Source: an uncultured Verrucomicrobiae bacterium
GTDB lineage: Bacteria > Verrucomicrobiota > Verrucomicrobiia > Opitutales > JABDGR01
Assembly: GCA_963765205.1 (NCBI GenBank)
Contig: CAVXVB010000002.1
Coordinates: 96,001 to 160,000 of the forward strand
Length of the DNA: 64,000 bases
Reading direction: 5' to 3'
Shown here piece after piece: positions 30,017 through 38,565 of this stretch (positions are counted from its first letter, which is position 1; each line of letters begins with the position of its first letter). The notes under the pieces are model-generated. The model did not search any database. It saw only the letters and a program-made list of their open reading frames with translations, and was not told the DNA's origin. The position numbers were made by a program, and so were the translations under genes.

Positions 30017-30304
30017 GGGGTTCGAATTCCCCTTCCGCTTTTTTAAGGCATTGATGCAAAGATACTTACGGAGTAATATTCCAAGTATTATTGTGCGGCG
30101 GCAGCGTCGCCGATTCCAAGGCAATATTACCACTGAAGCAGACAGGTCATCTATAACCATACTTCTACCACAGTTTCATTTGAAAATCTGGAATCGGGCG
30201 CAGCCATCCTGCGAACGGGCTTGGGATACCGCGTGATTTCACAAGGGCCGCAGTCTGGCTGCGCCCCACTCTGAAAGACTCGCAGAGGTGGCCGATGACG
30301 AAAT

Positions 30305-31711
30305 TTAGGTCAGGGACAACTTGCCGGTGCTGTCGCCGAGTTTGTCGTCGGAAGCGCCCGCATGGTCGAGCATGGAGAGCCAAAGATTGTTGATGGGCAC
30401 ATCCTTGGCTTCAATGTGACGGCCGGTGTTAATCGTGCCGCCGGCTTTGCCGAGGAGGATGAGCGGCAGGTCGTCATGGTTGTGGCGGTTGCCATCGCTG
30501 TTGCCGCTGCCATAGGCGATGAGGGAGTTGTCGAGGACGGAGCCGTTGCCTTCCTTGATCTTATCGAGTTTGTCGAGGAGGTAGGCGACTTTCTGGAGGT
30601 GGTAGACGTTGATCTTGGCCAGCATGGCCTGTTTGGCGGGGTCGCCCATGTGGTGCGAAGTGCCGTGGTGGGGGACGTTGGCACCGGCCCAAGGATAGCT
30701 CTGGTTGCTCTGCTCGTCGGCGAAAGGCAGCGTGATGACGCGGGTAAGGTCGGCCTGGAAGGCGAGAACCATCATGTCGATCATGAGTTTGAGGTGATCG
30801 TCGTAAAGGGTGCTGGAGGTGGAGACGCCCACGGGCCGGACGCTGCTGCGGTCAAAGGCCTCGGGGCGCACGGCGCCTTCGGGCAACTGCTGGGGCGCTT
30901 CCGTCGCCATGCGCTGCAGCCGCACCTCGATTTCGCGAACGGAGGTGAGGTATTCGTCCAGTTTTTGCTTGTCGGTGGCGGCAAGGCGGTTTTTTTGGAC
31001 CGCACTGGCGTCGTCCAGCACAAAGTCCAAAATGCTTTTGCGGTCGTTCTCGCGGCGGGCGCGGGCTGCGGCGGTTTCGCGCGGGTCGCCATTGGAGAAG
31101 AGGCGGTCGAAGACGGCCTGCGGGTCGCATTCCTTAACCATGGGCGTGTTCTCATTGCGCCAGGAGAGATTGTGGATGTAGGCGCAACTGTAACCGCTGT
31201 CGCAGCGGCCGGATTGCTGGCCTTCTTCCATGCCGAGTTCGAGCGAGGCAAACTTCGTCAGATGGCCGATGCGTTCCGCGGCGGCTTGGTCGGCGGAGAG
31301 GCCGGCCTTGAGGTTGGCGCCCTCGGTCTTGTTGGGCTGGACGCCGGTGAGATACGCGGCCTGGGCGCGGGCGTGGTCGCCGGGGCCGTCGCCATTGGGA
31401 TTGGCCTTGTCGCAAACAAGGCCGCTGATCACGAGCATGCGGTCGCGGTAGGCAGAGAGGGTGCTGAGTGTGGGGGAGAGTTCGTAATCGGCGCCGAAAG
31501 CGGCAGGCGTCCACGTTTGCATGTCGATGCCATTGGGGACATACAGCCAGGCTAGGCGGCGGGGGCCGGCGGCGGCTTTGGCGACGAGGTCGGTGGTGGA
31601 CGCGCCGAACAGGCGGGTCGGAATCATTGATTCAAGGAAGGGCAATGCCAGCGCGGTGCCCAATCCGCGCAGGACCATTCGCCGAGAGAGAGTGGAGGTG
31701 GTGGTGTTCAT
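30305..31711 (-). CDS. DUF1552-family protein
   Basis: LSRRMVLRGLGTALALPFLESM, YVPNG, CDSGYSCAY..NLSW, DGNRHNHDDLP. Confidence 0.9.
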   Translation of the reverse strand: MNTTTSTLSRRMVLRGLGTALALPFLESMIPTRLFGASTTDLVAKAAAGPRRLAWLYVPNGIDMQTWTPAAFGADYELSPTLSTLSAYRDRMLVISGLVCDKANPNGDGPGDHARAQAAYLTGVQPNKTEGANLKAGLSADQAAAERIGHLTKFASLELGMEEGQQSGRCDSGYSCAYIHNLSWRNENTPMVKECDPQAVFDRLFSNGDPRETAAARARRENDRKSILDFVLDDASAVQKNRLAATDKQKLDEYLTSVREIEVRLQRMATEAPQQLPEGAVRPEAFDRSSVRPVGVSTSSTLYDDHLKLMIDMMVLAFQADLTRVITLPFADEQSNQSYPWAGANVPHHGTSHHMGDPAKQAMLAKINVYHLQKVAYLLDKLDKIKEGNGSVLDNSLIAYGSGNSDGNRHNHDDLPLILLGKAGGTINTGRHIEAKDVPINNLWLSMLDHAGASDDKLGDSTGKLSLT

Positions 31712-34372
31712 GAGTTATCCTCGGTTTGTTTGCCGTGTTGTTTTTGAAAGGCATCGCTATGCACAATGGCGTTGATCAAGGCGGAGAATTTATCGCCGTT
31801 TTTTTGCAGGGAGTCAACAATGTTGGCGAGGGTGCGCTGGTCGGCAGGCTCAGTGCCGCGGCCTAGGGCGTAGGTCAGCATCCGCTTGGCCAGGCATTGG
31901 CAAAACTGTTGTTGTTGGGATAGCAGAATTTTCTTCAGATCCTTGGCGCCGTTGATGGTGGTTCCGTCGGGAAGCTGGCCGGAGGCGTCAATCGGCGCTT
32001 GATTAACGTCCTGGGTGCGCCAAGCGCCGGTGGCGTCGAAATTTTCCAGGCTGAACCCGATGGCATCCATGCGTTCGTGGCAAACGGCGCAATTGGGGTT
32101 GGCACGATGTTCCTCCATGCGTTGCTTAAGCGTGCCGTTAAGGTCCGCTTTCGCCCCCTCGGCCAGGGCCGGCACGTTAGGCGGCGGTGGTGGCGGCGCG
32201 GAATCGAGCAGGTTTTCCAGCACCCATTTGCCGCGCAGCACCGGCGAGGTGCGGGTGGCGTAGGAGGTGACGGTGAGGATGCTGGCCTGGGTGAGCAGAC
32301 CGCCGCGCGGGGAGTCAGGCGGGAAGGTGTAGCGCTGGAAGTCGTCGCCGGTGATGCCGGGCAACCCGTAAAACTTCGCCAGCCGTTCGTTGACAAAAGT
32401 GTAATTGGCGTTGATAAATTCCAGCACGCTGTGATCTTCCTGCATAATGCTGGTGAAGAACAATTTGGTCTCCTTGGTCATGGCGTCGCGCAGCGCGGGG
32501 TCAAAGTCGGGAAACTTGGCGGCGTCGGGATTGACGTTGTCCATCTGGCGCAGTTGGAGCCATTGGCCGGCAAAGTTATCCACCATAGCCTGGGCTTTCG
32601 GGTCTTTGAGCATGCGCGCGACTTGCTGGTCAAGTTGGGCGTGCAACTGGCCTTTCGCGGCGAGGGCGAACAATTCGTCGTCGGGCATGCTGCTCCAGAG
32701 AAAATAAGAAAGGCGGGAAGCCAATTCGTAGTCGTTAAGCGTGTGGATGTTATTGGCTTCGCCCGGCTGCGGATCCTGTTCGACGCGGAAGAGGAAATTC
32801 GGCGAGACCAGTACGGCTTGAAGCGGCACATTGAGGCTTTGCTCAAAAGAGCGGCCATCGCTGTCCGCCTTGGACCAGAGGGCCAGGAGGGGCTGTAATT
32901 CCTGATCGGTGACAGGCCGGCGATAGGCGCGGGTGGCAAAATTGCGGATGATTTTTTCCGCCGCCTCCGCTTTGCTCACCGTGGCGGAGGGTTGTGCGAT
33001 CATGAGCTTGCGGTAGCTTTCCGGCATGCGATCGGGCGTGACGGCCAGGGGGCCTTCCACCTCAAAGAAAACGACGGCCAGCAAGGGCTTGCCGGTGAGG
33101 GAAACCGGGCCGCCGGCGCCACGGCCTCCAGCCGCGCCAGCGGCTCCGGGCGGGGGGTTGCCTGCGGCGGGGCGGCGGCCATTGGCGGGCGGGGCGGCGG
33201 CGATGGCCGGATCAACGTCCGCCGCATTGGCGGTGGCATCGGCGGCCGCCTGGTTCGCCGCGGATGGGGGGGGGGGCATTTTCGGCCACTGGCGCAGGCG
33301 TGGCGTCCGCGACAGCTTTGGCCGCCGCCACGGCGGCGTCATATTCCTCGGCGGAAGCGCCGTTGCGGAAAGACAGATAAACCCGGTGCGGGCCGGCGGT
33401 CACATGGATTGGCGCAGTGGAAAAGAGTTTGGCGTCGGCGTTGGCTTCGTTGACCACGAGATTCCGGTCATTTACTTGCTGGGTATCAAGGAAAAAGGCA
33501 ACTTCCGACCGGCCGCCGGCTGCATTATAACCGCGGAAGCTGAAGATGTAATCGCCCTCGGTGGGGAAGACGTAGTCGGCGTAAAGATTGCCGTAACGCT
33601 GGAAAATGCGTCCGGTGGCCGTCGTGCGGCCACGCCCAGCCGGGGCGGCGCTGGCCGCGGCCGGCTGGGTGTCGGCCGGGAGGTCGCTGTTGGCGGTCAG
33701 GGCGTCCCAGCGTTGCAAATGGGCGGGCACCACCGGATCGGCGAAAAGCACTTTCTCGAGGGAAAGCGAAGCGGCGGTCAGGTATTTCTCCATCAGCATC
33801 GGCGCGATGGAAAGCACGTCGCCATTATTGTCAAAACCATATCCGGCGTCATCCACGGGAAAGGCGTCGGCGGGATGGAAATCATTAACGCCGAGCAAAT
33901 CACGAATGGTGTTATTGTATTCGACGCGGTTAAGGCGGTGGAGGGTGACGCGACCCGGGTCAATGGGGCCACTGAGGTAATGGTTCTGCGTGTAGGCGTT
34001 GATCCAGGCGACGGCCGGAATATACTGGTCTTCCGTCGGCCGGGGTTCCTCTTTCGGGGGCATTTTGCGGGCGGTGAGCATCTTCAACGCTTTTTCCAGC
34101 GTGGGGATGCCCCTGGCCAGCGAAGCGTCATCGTGGAAGGTGTCGAGGCGCACTTCCCCTTCGGTGTCCTGGGGGCCGTGGCATTCGTAACAATGCGCGG
34201 CGAAGAACGGCTGCACCGTCTGCTGAAATTCGGCATAGGTCAGCGCCGGCGTTTTCGGGGCCGGGGTGCGTGGCGACGCGGCCGGGCTGGCGGGCGAGGT
34301 GGTCGCGACACGGGGGTTGGAGCAGGCCAGCAGGACAAGCGCAACCGCGCCCAAGGCGAGACTGACGCGCAT
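31708..34372 (-). CDS. DUF1592/DUF1588 (PSD-type) cytochrome c domain protein, frameshift in G11 tract 33266-33276
   Basis: CYECH, RLNRVEYNNTIRDLLG, ELASRLSYFLWSSMPD, TSPVLRGKW, CAVCH; start uncertain. Confidence 0.88.
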
Positions 34373-34564
34373 CAAGGGACGATGTAATAAACAGGCCGAC
34401 GCTGTTGCCGCCTGGCGGGGTTGACCAAGAGGAGACATAAACATATAAATGGACAGCTTAACTGAATGTCCAATGGGCAGACAAGCAAGTAATTGAAAAG
34501 CAAGGGATGAATTCAACCTCCGTCGGTTTGCAGCCCCGAAAACTTGAAACGGTTTCAGCGCGAC

Positions 34565-36964
34565 TTAGTTTGACGCCGGGGCGGCTGGATAGATCTCGGG
34601 ATGGATTTTTTTGAGATGTTCAAGGCGGGCGGAGATTTCCGCCGCGTCGAGGTGGCGCATTTGCTGATTGGCGTCGAGCCAGGCTGCGGCTTCAACTTCG
34701 GCGAATTCGGTTATATCGGCAACGGGCCAGTCACTGGGTGAAATGTCCCAAATTCGCGCGGTTTTATCCCAACTGGCCGTGAGGAGGCGGCGGCCATCCG
34801 GGCTGAAGGCGACGTGACGGGCGTTGAACGTGTGCTCAAACGGCAGCGCCAGCGGCCACCCGGTGGCGGTGTCCCAGAGGCGCACGGTGTAATCGTCCGA
34901 CGCCGTAGCCACCAGGCGGCCATCCGGGCTGAAGGCGGCCTGCACGACGACATCGGCGTGCGGCAGCGGCGGCGTGAGCGGCTGGCCGGTCGCGGCATCC
35001 CAGACGCGCGCGGTGTTATCCTCGCTGGTGGTCACGATTTTTGTGCCATCGGGGCTGAAGGTGGCACTACACACGGCGTCGGCATGCACCAGGGGTGGGG
35101 TGCGCGGCTGGCCGGTGCGGGCGTCCCACACCCGCGCAGTTTTGTCCTGGCTGGCGGTGACCACCCAGCGTCCGTCGGGACTAAACTCCGCACTGTTGAC
35201 CCAAAAGCCGTGCTGCAAGGGGGGCGTTAGGGCCTGGCCGGTGGTGGCGTCCCAGAGACGCGCGGTATTATCAGAACTGGCGGTGAGGACGACGCGCCCG
35301 TCAGGGCTGAATGAGCAGTCCACCACGGCGCCACCATGGACGAGGGGCGGCGAGAGCGGCTGGCCGGTCATGGCATCCCAGACGCGCGCTGTTTGGTCGT
35401 TGCTTGCGGTGACAATTTTGCGGCCGTCGGGGCTGTAGGCGGCGTGGCGAATAAGATTTTGGGCAAAGGTCATGGGCCGGGGCTGGCCGGTGACGGCGTC
35501 CCAGATCCGCACCGGATCCTTGTAACACGCGGCAAGTACACTTTGCCCGTCCGGGCTAAAAGTCGCAAATTGCACGGTGTCGGTGTATTTCATCGGCGGA
35601 GTGAGGGCCTGGCCGGTGGTGGCGTCCCAGACGCGCGCGGTTTTATCCCAACTGGCGGTGACGACTTTTTTTCCGTCGGGACTGAAGGCGGCAACCTCGA
35701 CGGAGTTGTCATGTTTGAAAATGGGCAGCGGGGCCCGGACGGGGGTGATGTCCCAGAGGCGCGCGGTGCCATCAGCACCGGCGGTGGCAATCAGGTGGCC
35801 GGGGCCGAAGGCGGCGGAGTAAACCGCGTCGGACTGGGGCAGTGGAGACGTGAGTAACGCGCCGGTGGCAACGCTCCAAATGCACGCTGTTTTATCCGCA
35901 CTGGCCGTGAGGATGGCCGTGCCGTCGGAGCTGTAGGTGGCGAAAAGCACGGCGTCCGCATGAGTGAAGGGCGGGCCGACGGTTTGGCCAGTGGCGGCGT
36001 CCCAAATGCGGGCTGTCTTGTCCCGGCAGGCAGTGACCACAAATGCTCCGCTGGGGCTGAACTCGGCGTGATTGACCACCCCCGCATGGGCTAGCGGCGG
36101 CGTAAGCGGGTGGCCCGTGGCGGCGTCCCACACCCGCGCGGTTTTGTCTTCACTGGCCGTGACAATTTTGGTGCCGTCGGGGCTAAACTCTGCGTCCACG
36201 ACCACGTCGGCGTGATGCAGCGGGGTGGCGATGGGTTGGCCGGTCGCGGCATTCCACACCCGCGCGGTGTTGTCATCACTGGCGGTTAAAATGACTTTCC
36301 CGTCCGGGCTAACACTCGCGCGCAGCACGGCACCGTTATGGACGAGGGGTGGAAAACGCAGTTGGCCGGTCGCGGCATCCCAGACGCGGGCGGTTTTGTC
36401 CTCACTGGCCGTGACCAGCCATTTGCCATCCGGGCTGAACGAGGCGTCCGTCACGACGCCGGTGTGTGCCAAGGGCGGCGTGAGGGGCTGCCCGGTAGTG
36501 GTGTCCCAGATCCGCGCGGTTTGGTCCGCGCTGACGGTGGCCACCTTGCGGCCATCTGGACTAAAGACTGCGGCCAACACCGCGGCTGCATGCGACAACG
36601 GCGGCGTGCGGGGCCGGCCGGTGGCCACGTTCCAAATGCGCGCAGTTTGGTCGTCGCTGGCCGTGACGACGGACTGGCCATCCGGGCTGAATTTAATCGT
36701 GTTGATGGCCGCGCCATGAGGAAGGCTCTGCAATAAAAGCGGCGCCTGGCGGATCAAGTTGCCCGCCCGGTAACGCAACTGGATGTCCGGCGGATCGCGC
36801 TGGAGGGCCGCCGTAGTCCAGACCAGCGCGGTAACTGCGTCGTCCTGTTGCAGTGCTTGATCGGCCGGCGCGGCAAAGTCACCCGCTGGGAGCGGGGTGG
36901 GCGGGGCCAGGACGCCCGCCCATCCGGCGAGGCAAAACGCCGGATAGAACGCCGCCAATTTCAC
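34565..36964 (-). CDS. WD40-repeat protein (16 repeats)
   Basis: Repeated PPL.H..V..A.FSPDG..VVTAS.D.TARVWD..TG; start uncertain (ORF is open to 37135). Confidence 0.9.
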   Translation of the reverse strand: MKLAAFYPAFCLAGWAGVLAPPTPLPAGDFAAPADQALQQDDAVTALVWTTAALQRDPPDIQLRYRAGNLIRQAPLLLQSLPHGAAINTIKFSPDGQSVVTASDDQTARIWNVATGRPRTPPLSHAAAVLAAVFSPDGRKVATVSADQTARIWDTTTGQPLTPPLAHTGVVTDASFSPDGKWLVTASEDKTARVWDAATGQLRFPPLVHNGAVLRASVSPDGKVILTASDDNTARVWNAATGQPIATPLHHADVVVDAEFSPDGTKIVTASEDKTARVWDAATGHPLTPPLAHAGVVNHAEFSPSGAFVVTACRDKTARIWDAATGQTVGPPFTHADAVLFATYSSDGTAILTASADKTACIWSVATGALLTSPLPQSDAVYSAAFGPGHLIATAGADGTARLWDITPVRAPLPIFKHDNSVEVAAFSPDGKKVVTASWDKTARVWDATTGQALTPPMKYTDTVQFATFSPDGQSVLAACYKDPVRIWDAVTGQPRPMTFAQNLIRHAAYSPDGRKIVTASNDQTARVWDAMTGQPLSPPLVHGGAVVDCSFSPDGRVVLTASSDNTARLWDATTGQALTPPLQHGFWVNSAEFSPDGRWVVTASQDKTARVWDARTGQPRTPPLVHADAVCSATFSPDGTKIVTTSEDNTARVWDAATGQPLTPPLPHADVVVQAAFSPDGRLVATASDDYTVRLWDTATGWPLALPFEHTFNARHVAFSPDGRRLLTASWDKTARIWDISPSDWPVADITEFAEVEAAAWLDANQQMRHLDAAEISARLEHLKKIHPEIYPAAPASN

Positions 36965-37467
36965 CACCTGAAAATAATTTTTTGGGGCCTGATGGAATCC
37001 ACCGGCAAAGGAAGGTGGTGGGGTTGGGGGGCAGGACGGCGCGGGTGCGCCCCGGCGGTCAGATAAATCGCAGTGGAAGGGTTTGGTGTTTGCGGACATG
37101 GCGATCGTATTTCGGTGGTGGCCGCAAATTGCCAAATCGGGTAGTGAATCAGTTTGAAAACCGGTTTCCGCCTTCCCCCTTTACAGCGGCCTAGTTTTGG
37201 CAACTACATACTTGACGCCGTGAACGCAGCCCTAACCCTACCCTCCGAACCCCGGCAACCCCGAAAAAGCAAATTCCCATCAGTAACTAGCGGCTTCCGA
37301 TTTGCAAGGGCAGAAATAAGCAAGTTTATTTGCTCGATTTTTAGATTCGGAGCACAATACACAAGTGGATTTTTGATGGCTAAGTCATTGAAATAGAAAG
37401 ATAAATGAATTTTAAAGACGAGAGGGCTCGCATCCTGGCATGCGCTCTTGATCAACCATATGCAGTA

Positions 37468-37494
37468 GGGGTTCAGAAACGTCCCCTTCCGCCA
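37468..37494 (+). repeat. Degenerate displaced 3' fragment of tRNA-Ser (att-like)
   Basis: GGGGTTCAGAAACGTCCCCTTCCGCCA vs tRNA GGGGTTCGAATCCCTCCCCTTCCGC. Confidence 0.6.
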
Positions 37495-37794
37495 TTCTCA
37501 AAAATAAAGACCGTTGCCCCAAAATGACCCGCCGTTAAAAAAATTGGCGGATTTCCAAAGGGGGCGGCGTCTATATACATAGTATCGCTTCGTGGAAAAC
37601 GCTGAATTATGGCAGGAAGACGTGGGGTGCTGCGCGGAAGCGGCGTTCACGACGTTGTTGGCGCGGCATCCGGAACTGGGGAATTCGACGGCGTGGCGGA
37701 TGCGGGCGGCGCGCAGCCAACTCCGGATTGGGCGCAGCAGTTTTTTATCAGTTTACTTTAGCCATGGTTTGTCGTTCAACTCAATCCCCCAATC

Positions 37795-38565
37795 ATGACC
37801 TCAATCCCACCCATCATCACAGAATCCGCGTCCCTCGTCGAATTGCGCGAGGTCACCAAAAAATTTGGTGAAAAGATGGCTTTGGACCGGGTAACGTGGA
37901 GTATTCCCCAAGGTCAAATTTGCGGGCTGCTGGGGCCGAACGGGGCGGGCAAGACGACGACGTTTCGCCTGCTCATGGGCATCCTGAAGGCCACGACCGG
38001 CGAGCTGCGCATCAGGGGCCGCGACAGCTTCGAGGACCGGGTGGCGCTCAAGCGCCACGTCGGTTTTCTGCCCGATGAACCGGTTTTCTACACGTATCTT
38101 TCCGGACGGGAAATCCTGCGCCTCAGCGCCGGCCTGCACAACCTCGACGTGGACGCCGCCCTACTGCGGCTCGAACCGCTGATCCAGCGCCTGCAACTCA
38201 AAGAGGCCCTGGATCTTTTAGCCGACGAATATTCGCGCGGCATGAAAAAGAAGCTGGGCCTCTTGCTCGCCCTGCTCCACGAACCGTCCCTCCTGATTCT
38301 CGATGAGCCGACCAACGGCCTCGACGTCGAGTCCACGCGCCTGTTCTTTGATTTGATGCGGGAGCTTTCCGCCGCTGGCCGGACGATTTTGTTTTCCACC
38401 CACCTCATGGCCCATGTCGAGCGCCTCTGCTCCCATGCGGCGATTATCCATCAAGGACGGCTGGTCGCGCACGGAACCCTTGACGAGCTGCGGCGAAAGT
38501 TTGGGGCCGAACAGCCGCTCGAGGATGTGTTCATGCAAATCGTCGGCGCCAACGCTTCGCCATGA
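37795..38565 (+). CDS. ABC transporter ATP-binding protein
   Basis: GPNGAGKT, YSRGMKKK, LILDEPTNGLD, STH. Confidence 0.95.
   Translation: MTSIPPIITESASLVELREVTKKFGEKMALDRVTWSIPQGQICGLLGPNGAGKTTTFRLLMGILKATTGELRIRGRDSFEDRVALKRHVGFLPDEPVFYTYLSGREILRLSAGLHNLDVDAALLRLEPLIQRLQLKEALDLLADEYSRGMKKKLGLLLALLHEPSLLILDEPTNGLDVESTRLFFDLMRELSAAGRTILFSTHLMAHVERLCSHAAIIHQGRLVAHGTLDELRRKFGAEQPLEDVFMQIVGANASP

Larger units (their letters stand above)
22968..30042. mobile_element. About 7.05 kb integrative element with rolling-circle Rep in tRNA-Ser
   Basis: Direct repeats GGGGGTTCGAAT(CCC)TCCCCTTCCGCTTTT at 22968-22997 and 30016-30042; int, xis and rep inside. Confidence 0.9.

Noticed and set aside
22968..30042. 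Filamentous prophage call
   Set aside because: No Zot/pI ATPase and no cluster of small coat-protein-like genes visible
29816..30160. 114-aa ORF as a stand-alone gene
   Set aside because: Its start lies outside the att boundary; only the part inside the element is meaningful, as the integrase tail
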